A stretch of DNA of 64,000 nt from the NCBI RefSeq assembly GCF_009914755.1, contig NC_060931.1. The stretch is one strand, 5' to 3'. Position 1 is the first letter of the stretch, and each line of letters begins with the position of its first letter. Shown piece by piece: positions 39,257-54,477 of the stretch. The stretch comes from the human T2T-CHM13v2.0 reference genome, Homo sapiens. The position numbers were made by a program, and so were the translations under genes. The notes below the pieces were generated by a model. It was not told where the DNA came from, searched no databases, and saw only the letters and a list, made by a program, of their open reading frames with translations.

Positions 39257-41510
39257 TGTATTTATTTCCATGTTGCTGCTGCTGATAAAGATATACCCAA
39301 AACTGGGCAATTTACAAAAGAGAGGTTTAATGGACTCATAGTTCCATGTGGCTGGGGAGGCCTCACAATCATGGCAGACCAGAGAAGAGAACTTGTGCAG
39401 GGAAACTCCCCTTTATAAAACCAACAGATCTTGTGAGACTTATTCACTATCACAAGAACAGCACAGGAAAGAAGTACCCCCATGATTCAATTACGTCCCA
39501 CCAGGTCCCTCCTACAACGTGTGGGAATTGTGGGAGTTAAAATTCAAGGTGAGATTTGGGTGGGGACACAGACAAACCATATCATTCCTCCCCTGGCCCC
39601 TCCCAAATCTCACGTCCTCACATTTCAAAACCAATCATGCCTTCCCAACAGTCCCCCAAAGTCTTAGCTCATTTCAACATTAACTCAAAAGTCCAAGTCC
39701 AAAATCTCATTGGAGACAAGGCAAGTCCCTTCTGCCTATGAGCCAGTAAAGTCAAAAGCAAGTTAGTTACTTGCTAGATGAAATGGGGGTACAGGCATTG
39801 GATAAATACATCCATTCCAAATGGGAGAAATTGACCAAAATGAAGGGGCTGAAAACCCCATGCAAGTCTGAAATCCAGCAGGGCAGTCAAATTTTAAAGC
39901 TCCAAAATGATTTCCTTTGACTCCATGTCTCACATCTAGGTCATGCTGATGCAAGAAGTAGGTTCCCATGGTCTTGGGCAGCTCTACCCCTGTGGCTTTG
40001 CAGGGTACAGTCTCCCTCCTGGCTGCTTTCATGGGCTGGCATTGAGTGTCTGTGGCTTTTCCAGGTGCACAGGACAAGCTGTCCATGGATCCACCATTCT
40101 GGGGTCTGAAGGATAGTGGCCCTCTTCTCACAGCTCCACTAGGTAGGGATACACACACTCCAGTGGGGACTGTGTATAGGGGCACCCCCCAACATTTCCC
40201 TTCTGCACTGCCCTAGAATAGGTTGTTCATGAGGGCCTGCCCCTGCAGCAAACTTCTTCTGCCTGGACATCCAGGCATTTCCACACATTTTCTGAAATCT
40301 AGACGGAAGTTCCCAAACCTCAATTCTTGACTTCTGTGCACCTGCAGGCTCAACACCACATGGAAGCTGCCAAGGCTTGGGGCTTGCACCCTCTGAAGCC
40401 ATGACCCGAGCTATGCTTTGGCCCCTTGTCGTCATGGCTGGAGTGGCTGGGATGCAGGGCACCAAGTCCCCAGGCTGCACACAGCATGAGGACCTTAGCC
40501 TGGCCCAGGAAACCATTTTTTCCTCCTAGGCCTCTGGGCCTGTGATGTGAGGGGCTACCACAAAGGTTTCTGACATGCCCTGGAGACATTTTCCCTATTG
40601 TCTTGGCGATTAACGTTCAACTTCTTGTTACTTATGCAAATTTCTGCAGCCAGCTTGAATTTCTCCTCAGAAAATGGGATTTTCTTTTCTGTCACATTGT
40701 CAGGCTTTATATTTTCCAAACTTTGTGCTCTGTTTACCTTTTAAAACTGAATGCCTTTTACAGCACCCAAGTCACCTCTTGAATGCTTTGCTGCTTAGAA
40801 ATTTCTTCTGCCAGATACCCTAAATCATCTCTCTCAAAGTTCCACAGATCTCTAGGGCAGGGGCAAAATGCCCCTAAAACATAACAAGAGTCACCTTTGT
40901 TGCAGTTCCCAATGAGTTCCTCATCTCCATCTGAAACCACCTCAGCCTGGATACCTTTGTCCGTAACATTATTAGCATTTTGGTCAAAGCCATTCAACAA
41001 GTCTCTAGGGAGTTTCAAACATTCCCACATTTTCCTGTCTTCTTGTGAGCCCTCCACACTGTTCCAACCTCTGCCTGTTACCCAGTTCCAAAGTCACTTC
41101 CACATTTTCTGGTATCTTTTCAGCAGCATCTCACTCTACTGGTACCAATTTACTGTATTAGTACATTTTCACACTGCTGATAAAGACATACCCAAGGCTG
41201 GGCAATTTACAAAAGAAAGTTTTAATTGACTCACAGTTCCACATGGCTTGGGAGGCCTCACAATCATGGCAGAAGGTGAATGGCATGTCTCACATGGCAG
41301 CAGACAAGAGAAGATAACTTGTGCAGGGGAACTCCTCTTTATAAAACCATCAGATCTTGTGAGACTTGTTCAGTATCATGAGAATAGCATGAGAAAGACT
41401 TGCTCCCATGATTCAATTAGTTCCCACTGGGTCCCTCCCACAACATGTGGTAATTGTGGGAGCTACAATTCAAGATGAGATTTGGGTGAGGACACAGCCA
41501 AACCATATCA
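39257..41510 (-). mobile_element. Complete THE1B-like MaLR element (LTR-internal-LTR)
   Basis: LTRs at 39257-39584 and 41154-41510 with THE1-int between them; polypurine tract at about 39585-39604; perfect 5-bp TSD CCCAG. Confidence 0.95.
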
Positions 41511-42709
41511 CCCAGCTACAAGTTTAAACCTATGTGTTTGAATTTTAAAAGTTGAAATGTATATACATATACATATTGAAAATAATAATTCAGGAATTTT
41601 TCTGAAGCATCTAAAGAAAGATAATGAAAGTTTTCTATCAATAAATGTAGCTTTATAAGCAGTGGTCCAAATCGTGCTTAAAGATTCTTTACAAATTTCT
41701 CTAAGGTTTATATAGTTTATAAGTCCATTGTATCCACATCTTTATAATTAAGCACTAATTTCTTCTTTAAGATTTACATATCAGTCTGAAAATTAGGCTT
41801 ACCACAAGAAAATAACCAAGGGCTAAGGAACTACTAACAGCAAGAGAGTTAACAATACAGAAGCTACTTAGTGAGAGACAAGAAGACAGTATTAAGGAAA
41901 GAAAAGCCATTCAGAGGAATGCATCTGCAGCACTTCAAGAGTTATTTTTCATTTCCCCAAATCTCAAAAACATTTGCAGTCTTGCAAAAAAAATGTAATT
42001 TCTGTGAATAAATATGGCAATTGAAATATGTAAAGTGATCTGACTCAAAGTTTTCCATGAAATGATGGAAACATTCTCCAAGATTCTTCAGAGCCATATT
42101 AAGTGACAGATGTTCTTTTCTGTGCCCTAGTAAGTAGCAGCCATCACCATCATGACCATTTTGAAATATGACATTTTAAAAGTGACTACTTTGCAGAGTG
42201 TCTAAAGCTAATGGCAAGGTCAATATGACACCAAAAGAACTAGTGAGAAATGAAGAATTTGTCTAATCTGCTCCTTCCTCTGTAGGACACAAACCTCCAA
42301 TTTGACTGGTATGTTTTCTACTTGCACACGATCAGAAAGAGTTGAGGAGCCAACCTGGGAGCCCAAGTGGTCATTATGGAATAATAAGGTCTGAGTTTTA
42401 ATATTTGGGCTGACCGTGCCCATGCCCATCGTATCTCATATAATCACCATGATGAGACTGACCAAAATTTAGGGTTGGAATTCTTCTGGAAAAATCGCAT
42501 TGCTGAAGGTACCTCCTTAGTTAACTGGCTGTTTTTCTATGTTATGGGTATACCTACAGATTAGCTGGGAGTGTCCTATTGCCTCACTTCATTGCAAAAT
42601 TCACTATGGCTTCCAAGTTTTGTTTCCTCCTCACTGGAGGAAATAGGTGAAAACAGTGGAGAGTTTAAAGTCTCACACACACCCTAGTGCCAAATGATGG
42701 GCCGGAGTC

Positions 42710-43600
<891 letters not shown>

Positions 43601-43827
43601 GATATCTGTGCATGTGAATGTGTGTGCACGCATATGTGGATGTGACATGTATTTTCTGTATTCAGGATGTTAAAACACTCCCCAAGCCCTTAAACCAAAT
43701 GTTTTTGTGTTTGAGCATTATAAATGTCAAATAATCATGTCAAAAGGTACTTAGAAGAGAGGAAAGTGGGACAAAAGAACTTTAGGGGTTAGGCTCCAGG
43801 GACTTCTCCATTCACCAAGAACTGTAA

Positions 43828-44277
<450 letters not shown>

Positions 44278-44669
44278 TAGGTCAGTCATATTTTCCTCTA
44301 TATTGGTTTGTTTCTTGGGTCAACGTTTGGCATTCTTGCTTTTCCTGGGTAAAACAGGTTGCATCACCATTTCATCCCCTTACTTGCTGCCAGGTAATCC
44401 TGTCAATAATATGTGTAGGAATATTTTTGGAAAGGCAGTTGTTCAAAGTAGAGTTTTTATCCCTGTTGTGGCATCCACTGAGAGACTTTCCAGAACTTCA
44501 CATTCTTGGGCAGCCAGAACTGCTAGAAGTAGTTTATAATTTGGAAGTTATCTCTAGTGTTGTTTAAGGCTTTAGAGTATTAAGAAGAATACTGACAAAA
44601 GAAAAAATGTTTCATAATATCTGACTGTGTATGTAACTGAGTGTGTATGTATATATTTATAATGATATA

Positions 44670-45407
<738 letters not shown>

Positions 45408-45409
<2 letters not shown>

Positions 45410-45530
45410 TGTGTGTGTGTGTGTGTGTGTGTGTATTTGTGTATGCATTTATATATCATTGTGGGGAGGGCAGAGTAGAAGTTGGAGAGTGTGTGTGTGT
45501 GCACATGTGTGTATGTATATATGTATGCAT
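45408..45530. repeat. (TG)n microsatellites
   Basis: Pure (TG)n at 45408-45434 and a degenerate tract at about 45489-45530. Confidence 0.85.
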
Positions 45531-46219
45531 TCACGAATGGAAAGAAAACTAGTTACTTTGAAATCTAAAAAAAAAAGGAAACACCCTTTTTTTTCCCCAC
45601 ATATTCGTTCATTTTCTTAGCCCCCTGGAAGAACATATTGTTTTCAAAATCTACCTGCAGGAATCCAAAAGCCAAATTTTGAAGCTGCAAAAAGAGAAAC
45701 TGAAAAATAGAACTCCTTCTGTCTCTTTGAACCATTTCCTTGTATCTTGAGGGTAACTGATACACATTTCACAACACGTGACTTTCAAAGATGATGAATG
45801 ACAGGGAGGCTCGGTGTCAGACTCCAGATTGTCTTCTGGATCTCTTAGATTTGGGAAGAGATGAGAATAAGCAAACCTTTTAACATAAAATCATCCTATT
45901 TAATTAGAAGGGTGTATGGAATAGTCTTAAGGTAAAAGGAAACATTTTCAACTTCTAATTCCTTTCTGGACATATCCTTTTAGGAGGAAGTTCTAGTGAT
46001 GAGATCAAAGTATCACTTTTCCCCCAGAGGACAGTAATATCACTTTCCCTGTGAAAAACTAGTCCAGTCCATTTAAAGACAGGATTTTAGGATATATTAT
46101 TCATGACTGTGCTTTTAAAAACCTAAGTGTGAGTTTTATAACTCTAAATTCAAAATTGTCTCTATGGTTTCATTTTTAGGAGTTCTGCACATAAGCTGAG
46201 CAGATCCTTTGAGTCAAAG

Positions 46220-46445
46220 CCTAAAATCTTAGACTTAGAGGTCAGGCATCTTCCATTTGAACCCTGGCATAGGCACGTATTTGCTGTAGGACTGGCCAGA
46301 CTGTCAAATCTGTGTCTCAGTGTCCTCAGTCTTTAAATGGGGATAAAAATAGCACCAGCCTCAGATTGTAGAAGGATTAATCAAATTACCTCATGCATAA
46401 CACTTAGCACAATTCCTTCTACATTATAATCACTTAATAATAAAT
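46220..46445 (+). mobile_element. MIR
   Basis: tctgtgtctcagtgtcctcagtctttaaatggggataaaaatagcacc...cacttagcacaa. Confidence 0.8.
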
Positions 46446-48559
46446 ACGAGTATAATAACAACGAAAGTAACAAATTATGTTGAAATAAATTATTTAACTC
46501 AGTACAGGCAGGGCCTAAAATGTTGACGTGACTTTCAAGTGTCTTGAGTTCTTAAGGAGAATGTAATCCCACTGCGATGGGACTGAGCCATAAACAGGCA
46601 GAGCTTTTGCTACTCCTTTAGAGCCCACCTCAGTATCCTACAGCAATCGAAGAGACAGTACAATACCCACAAACAGCAACTGAAAGCAATTTAAATCTCT
46701 AATGAGGTGTCCTGAAAAATTCTAGAGGAACATTCTACTTCTGATGCAGAGAAATACTTCCTAAAATCTTCTTTCCCTGAGACTCCTATAATTGTCTCAC
46801 CAGAAAAGGAGTTGCCTTCCCTTTGCTCAGTTTGACTCAAGCTCACTCTTAGTGCAGCCCACATTGGCTTCTGTCCTCTTTCTCTTTGCACAGAAGCAGC
46901 TCTTCTGTTTATTTACTGACCCTCTGCCCTTTCCAGTCCAAAGCAATCAAGTCACAGTGGACTAATTTGAAGTCTTTTTCTCCCTTTCATCTATTATGTA
47001 ACATCTACACAACAAAATTTGAGAAACATAGAAATCAGAGCTTGAACCTGGATGCCTAAACCAACATCCATCTCAGCAGGTAGAGTAGATGGTGAGATTG
47101 TGATGACCATATGTTTTTTCCTGAAGCATACGTACTACTATTTAAAGCATGGGTCATTTTCTCCTAAGACAGAACTTAACAAAACATGAGCCTTTAAATA
47201 AAGTATCAATGTATGTATAAATGAAGTCATCTCACTAGCATCATTCAGTTTGAAGAATACATTCAATGATCCAGAGCCAATATTAAATCTATAATATGAA
47301 ATGGGCAGAAAAAAAATAAGACTCCAAATTATCACCTTCCCAGAAACCAACCTCTCTCTCACCAACTGCTCAGAAAAGAAGAAAGCAAATATAAAAGAAA
47401 TATGACCATTTTGTTATTTTGCTCTTACATGGAATTGAAATTAAGCTATATGGAAAATTCACTAAATTCTACCGATCTATCTTTTTAAAAGGGAAATGTT
47501 AAGCAGTTCTGAAAGAGTGCACCCAGCTTCCTTTCCAAAGGATACTGCTAATGGAGTTGAACACACCCTTCCTGTCACCCCAGGTGCTAAATATGTGGAA
47601 GTTGGGAATATCTAAATGCTTGGAGATCCTGAAGATACTCCCTGAGGTGGCTATAAAAAGACTACGCTTGGCTTCTGAGAATGTAGTGGCAGACACTTTC
47701 ACTTTATTTTATTTTACTTTATTTTATCATGGGAGGAAGTTTTATTGAGTCACCATCCCCCTACACCTCAACTTCTCTTTTTTAAAAATATGTGTAAGTT
47801 TTTTCTACTTCTGTCTCTCAGGAACAGGTTTTTGGTGGTTCAGAAATTTCTCCCACTTTTACCTGACTGTGGGCAACCTCAGCAACAGAGGCTCCTGGAA
47901 ATATCCTCCACCTATTTTTCTCAGATGTGAGAACGGTTGACTGGAGTTATGAGGGGGAAGTGGCTGGTGCAGAAAGTTGCCAAAAGGGTGATGGAAAGTT
48001 CTTTACTGATGAAAAAAGAAAAGAATAATAATTCATATTTATCTTTTGACCAAGACAAGATAGGAACAGAGGTGCCTTTGCTTGCTTTCACCTCAAGCAG
48101 GAAGTGAGAGTCCTATTAGCCTCTGGGTTCTGGGAAGTCAACGATTTGGGGTTATTTTTCTTCCCGCCCATTTCTTTACCTTACTCATAGGTTTAATATT
48201 GACCTCTGTCTTTATCACTGAATCTGTTTTTCAAATTGAGCAATTCTCAATTTGTCAGATGATTTATTTTTTACATATACATGAATGTTTTGTTGAAACA
48301 AGACTTTCAGCGGTATCAGTCATGGGGGAGCTTAGCTGTGAACCCGGAGGTGAGAGTAAAGTCTTAGAACAAAGAGGAATTCGAAATTACGGAACATTTT
48401 TAACTTCTTTACTCAGTGGTAAAGAATGGAACATCTTTTACGTCAAACTACTGAAGTTGTGGGCAAAATTACAAGCGATGATTATGCAGGATAGGTTAGT
48501 TTTTGGCCATTTTAGGCTTTTCTTGATTTTATGGAGTAGTCTGAAAGGAGTGAGCTGGT

Positions 48560-48890
48560 GAGAGAATTTACTAGGTGCTGAAGCAATGAGAACTGACAGC
48601 TGATATACAGGGGAAGAGCTCCGTTTCAGTCACATTGAATTTGAGGTGCCTTTAAGAGGAGGTAATCAGGAAGAATTTGCAACAGTTCTTTAAACCCCGG
48701 TGGATATCAGAGCTAATCATGTATCCGTGGGAGTTGTCAGGGTAAATCTGATGACTGATGCCAAGAACCTCACATAAGGAGGTCAGGTGGCATGAGAAGA
48801 GATGATGAGTGAGAACACAAGCTGAGAAAGAACAGTATTTAGAGGATGGACTGAAGGACAAGTGGGGGAGTTTGAAAATGCGGAGCTGTA
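48560..48890 (-). mobile_element. L2 fragment
   Basis: gagctccgtttcagtcacattgaatttgaggtgcct resembles antisense L2. Confidence 0.5.
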
Positions 48891-49188
48891 GAGGTAAAGG
48901 ACACTGAGTATATCTGCTCTGGTCCTTTGGGGACTTTCCACAGCACTAGCTTCACCTTGGTTGCTTGCCAACTGCTGAGACAGTAAGTCCAGATTTTAGT
49001 ATTTGACCCACGCTGCCTTCTCCAGATCATGCTCCTTGATATTACCTCTGAATTTGCTGAAAGAAAAACATTTCCACTCAAATATCACTTGAACATGATT
49101 TATGAGTAAAATGAATAATATTTTACTATAAAACATACAGAGGTGAGTCTCATAACGATATTCAGGGTGGCCCCAAGCTATCTTCTTT

Positions 49189-49866
<678 letters not shown>

Positions 49867-50214
49867 AAGCTATCTTCTTTATTAGCCATTGCTAAAGAGT
49901 CACTGATAAGCCTGCTTCCTGTCTGTTGGGTGCAACTAAAAAGCAGACCCTTGATCTGGCATTCTGGTGGTGAAGTGACTTATAGCTCTAGAACCTCCCA
50001 ACCCAAGCCATCCTACGGCAGCTGTTCTGAAGTTGACTTTTATAGCTTCTACAGAACTGTAAGCTTGCCGTTGAAAGTGGCACCTAGCCATTTATTCGCC
50101 AGTAATTATAAGCAAATGAATCAAATTTGAAGCAGGAGTGTAATAAAATCAGTAATGGATAGGATTTTAAGCAACAGGCAAACTTCTAAGAGGGGCTGGC
50201 ACCCCTTTTTAAAA

Positions 50215-50681
50215 ATAGATTAATGTCATCTGCAAACAGAGACAATTTGACTTCCTCTCTTCCTACTTGAATACCCTTTATTTCTTTCCCTTGGCTGATT
50301 GCCCCGGCCAGAACTTCCAATACTATGTTGACTAGGAGTGGTGAGAGAGGGCATCCTTTTCTTGTGCCAGTTTTCAAAGGGAATGCTTCCAGTTTTTGCC
50401 CATTCAGTATGATACTGGCTGCGGGTTTGTCATAAACAGCTCTTATTTTGAGATATGTTCTATCAATACCTAGTTTATTGAGAGTTTTTACCATGAAGGG
50501 GTGTTGAATTTTATTGAAGGCCTTTTCTGCATCTATTGGGATAATCATGTGGCTTTTGTCATTGGTTCTGTTTATGTGATGGATTACGTTTATTGATGTG
50601 CATATGTTGAGCCAGCCTTGCATCCCAGGGATGAAGCTGACTTGATTGTGGTGGATACGCTTTTTGGTGTGCTGCTGGATT
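50215..50681 (-). mobile_element. L1PA ORF2 reverse-transcriptase segment (inverted part of an L1 insertion)
   Basis: ORF 50186-50623 translates to MQGWLNI...IDAEKAF...[12 protein letters not shown]...KLSLFADD, the L1 RT domain. Confidence 0.95.
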
Positions 50682-51017
50682 CATGTCCTTTGCAAGGACA
50701 CGGATGAAGCTGGAAACCATCGTTCTCAGCAAACTAAAACAAGAACAGAAAACTAAACACCGCATGTTCTCACTTATAAGTGGGAGCTGAACAATGAGAA
50801 TACATGGACACAGGGAGGGGAACATCACACACCGGGGCCTGTCGGGGGCTGGGGGCTAGGGGAGGGATAGCATTAGAGAAATACCTAATGTAGATGACAT
50901 AGGTATTAGGGTAGATGGGTGCAGCAAATCACCATGGCACGTGTATACCTATGTATACCTATGTAACCTGCACATTCTGCACATGTACCCCAGAACTTAA
51001 AGTATAATTTAAAAAAA
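50682..51017 (+). mobile_element. L1PA7-like 3' end (non-inverted part)
   Basis: tcatgtcctttgca...gcatgttctcacttataagtgggagctgaacaatgag...cagaacttaaagtataat followed by an A tail. Confidence 0.95.
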
Positions 51018-51019
51018 GG

Positions 51020-51262
51020 TAGTAAGATGATAGATTTAAACCCAAATATATTTGTAATTACATGAAATGTCAGCAAAGTAAGTACTCTAATTAAAAGCTA
51101 AAGATCGCCAGATTGGAAAAAAAAAAAATATGCTACTTTCAAGAGATTTTCCTTATATAGAAGAATATAGAAAAGTAAAAGAATGGAAAATGTATAACAT
51201 GCAACCAATATGAAACAAAATAGAATTTAAGGCAAGGAATATTATTCAAGATAAAAAGGGAA
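51020..51262 (+). mobile_element. Old L1M ORF2 5' fragment
   Basis: gtaattacatgaaatgtc...actctaattaaaag...gattgg...aagaatggaaaatg. Confidence 0.55.
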
Positions 51263-51400
51263 GGCTGGGTGAAGTGGCTCACACCTATAGTCACAGCACT
51301 TTGGGAGGCCAAGGCAGAAGGATTGCTTGAGTCCAGGAGTTTGAGGCAAGCCTGGGCAACACAGTGGGACCCCATATCTAAAAATAAAAAATAAAAATAA
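51263..51400 (+). mobile_element. FLAM/AluJ left monomer
   Basis: ggctgggtgaagtggctcacacct...ggattgcttgagtccaggagttt...gcctgggcaacacagtg followed by an A-rich tail. Confidence 0.9.
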
Positions 51401-52315
51401 ATTTTAATGAAAAAATAGATTAATGGCAGAGCAGACTTGAGAGACAAATGGTTCTTGCAATAAGCGACAGCGGTATTAAGATGTATGTTCAGGATCTCAT
51501 TGGATAGAGGATTAGGAAAATTTCTTTGTTTTAATGTTTCTTAGTAGACCTTTTTAGAAAGAAGGGCAGTGTGAAAATAATATCCTAAGAGCTCATAACG
51601 GCAAATGCCAAGGTTTGTGTGGTGTGTGTGTGCGCGCACGTGTGTGTGTGTATGCATGCCTGTGTAATATTATGAGATAATACAAGGGAGAAGGGTGATT
51701 CATGGAAAGAGTGGACGAAGGTTTCGAAAGCTACCGAGTGAGAAAAGGTCTGATGAGTATTTATTTAGGAATTATGATGTCACTGGTGACCTTAGCAGGA
51801 ATAGAATCTGTAAAATGCTAGGGGCAAAACGGGGTTACAGGAAGGTGAAGAGTAGACAGAGACTTCCTTTTCCAACAGTATTGGCAGAGTAAATATCCTG
51901 AAAATCTATCCTGCTACAAAGCACCTAAAAGTAGTAGATACAAAATGAAAAACACATTTAAATGCATGCCTGTGTTGGAAAGAGTAAGGGAAACCATTGG
52001 AGTTATCAGAGGCTAAATGTTCTGGGAAGGACCAATTCAGAGAATTGTAAGCAGTGAAATCATCTATGAATTCCAGGGGCCTGGGGCTTCAGTTGTGACA
52101 CAGATCAACTCAGGTCGGCACAATGGGAGAGTTAGATTCAAATTCTGGAACCCATAATGAATTACATCTTCAGTGAAACTGCAAATTAGGAAAAAAATAA
52201 AAATTAAAAACAACCTGCCCTGAATGAAGAAACAAATAAAACTGGTGAATTTTTTGAGCATCTTGTGAGAATTTATAAGTCGGAGCTAGTCCTCAAATGG
52301 CCCTAGGTTAGGGTC

Positions 52316-52822
52316 TGTGATGGTTAATTTTGTGTGTTAATTTGACTGGATTGAGGGATACTTAGATAGCTGGTAAAGCATTATTTCTGGGTGCATCTGT
52401 GAGGGTTTTCTGGAAGAAATCGGCATTTGAATCTGTGGACTGAGTAAGGAAAATCTGCCTTCAGTGTGGATGGGCACCATCCCATCAGCTGAGGACTAGA
52501 ATAGAATGAAAATGCAAAGGAAAAGCAAATTTGTTCTCCTCCTTCAAGCTGAGATACCCTTCTTCTCCTACTCTTGGACATTAGAACTCCAGGTTCTCCA
52601 GCCATTGGACTCAGGCACTTGCACCAGCAGTTCCTGGGTTCTCAGGCTTTTGACCTTGTGCTGAGAGTCATACCATCAGCTTTTCCGGTTCTCCGTCTTG
52701 CAGATGACCTTCTCAGATTTCATAATTGTGTAAGCCAATTCTCCTAATAAATCTCTCTTATATATCTATCCATCCATCCACCCATCCATCCTATTAATCT
52801 CTGTACAATTCTGACTAATACA
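52316..52822 (+). mobile_element. MLT2B-like (ERVL) solo LTR
   Basis: tgtgatggttaattttgtgtg...gatagctggtaaagcattatttctgggtg...ctgactaataca. Confidence 0.9.
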
Positions 52823-53935
52823 GGATTCCCTATCTCACCGACTGCATTGTCTGAAAAAGACTCCTGCCACCCTAGATTTGAAGCTTCCTTAACTGCCTGA
52901 CAGAAGCAAATAATTTTCTCTAGATGAATCAACTGTCAACCTCAAAGAACTTCCATTTATAAAGTCCCAACATTATCCCAGAATCTAAAATTACAAAATG
53001 AAAGAAGAAATAGGAGTCAATTTCAGTAGAAACAATAAACAAGAGAATCAGCCCTAGATAATGAACTAGTTACATTTATACTACAAAACTGGTATTTAAA
53101 GTTAAAGAAAAAGAATAAAGTTGGAAAAGAAAGTCACATACATGAATGAGGAAGAAGTGACTATAAAGATGACTAGGCAGTTCTAATAAAAACTAAAAAT
53201 AGGACATTCAGAAATGAAAATTACAGTACTTAAAATTAAAAATTCAATAGGTATACTGCTTAGCCTATTAGACATGACTGAAGATAGAATGACAAACCTA
53301 GACTATAAAGCTGAAGTAGTTGGCTCTAACAGAACACAGAGAAACAGAGGGAGTATAAAAGCAGTAGAGAGACATAAAAAATATTTGTAAGATACAACAT
53401 ATATCCAAATCAGAATTCCACAAAGAAATATCAGAGAAATGAAAGAGAGATAATTTCAGAGGGAAAATGTCTGAGCAATTCCAGAATTCCAGATGACATG
53501 AATCTTCAGATTTAGAAAGCAAAACAAATCCCAGTCTTCACTGAACTGTAGAACACCAGTGAAAAAGAACTTTTAAAAATCCAGAGAGAAAAACATTGCC
53601 TCCAAAGAAATATTTACAGTGATAGCTGAATTCTAAACAACAACAATGGAAACCAGTAAACTGTGAGATCATATTAAATCCATGAAAAAATGCTTATAGC
53701 TACATATCTAGAATTGTAAAATTGTATGTCATTTTTAGATTAAAAAAGATCAAGAGAGTCCTCACAAACATCTTTTCCCTACAGGAGCTTCTAAAATATA
53801 TATTTCAGAAATAAGGAAAATGCTTTCAGAAAAACTGAGTTCAAGAAGAAAGGGTGAGCGAAAATAAAGTGGTAAATGTGAGTAAATCTAAACAAATGTT
53901 AAATATAATACTCAATAATAATGTCTAATTTTAGA

Positions 53936-54477
53936 GTATATTAATTTTTTATTGCTGTGTAACAAAGTACCACAAATTTAGTGGCTTAAAACAATACAAA
54001 TTTATTGACCTTAAGTTTCCATGTGTCATGAGTCTGGGCACAGTTTAATTGGGTTCCCTGATCTGGTCTCACAGCCTGTGTTCTCACCTGGATGGCCACT
54101 GAGGAAGAATCCACTTCCAAGCTCATTCAGGTTGTTAGCAGAATTAATTTCCTTTAAGCTCTACACTGAGGGCCCAGACTTTTTGCTAGCTGTCAGCTGC
54201 AGGCAGGCCACCCCATCCCATAGACCTTCTCACAGTATGACAGCTATTTTCTTCAAGCCACCAAAAGGATTTCTCTCCAGGATGTATATGATAAGTAATT
54301 ATTAAAGTGGCATCCTATCACTTCTATCATATAAAATAACTTAAGGGAGTGATGTCCCATTGTCTTTGCCGTATTTCATTGGTTAGAAGCAGGGCACAGG
54401 TTCTGTCCGCACTTAAGCAGAGAAAATTGTGCAAGGGCGTGACTCATAGGAGGTCACTTTAGGGCGTGCTCACCGCA
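53936..54477 (-). mobile_element. MLT1E-like LTR
   Basis: ttattgctgtgtaacaaagtaccacaaatttagtggcttaaaacaa...ccacttccaagctcattcagg. Confidence 0.8.

Noticed and set aside
39224-41478. Cluster of overlapping ORFs
   Set aside because: All lie in the THE1 LTRs or internal region; degraded MaLR sequence, not host genes.
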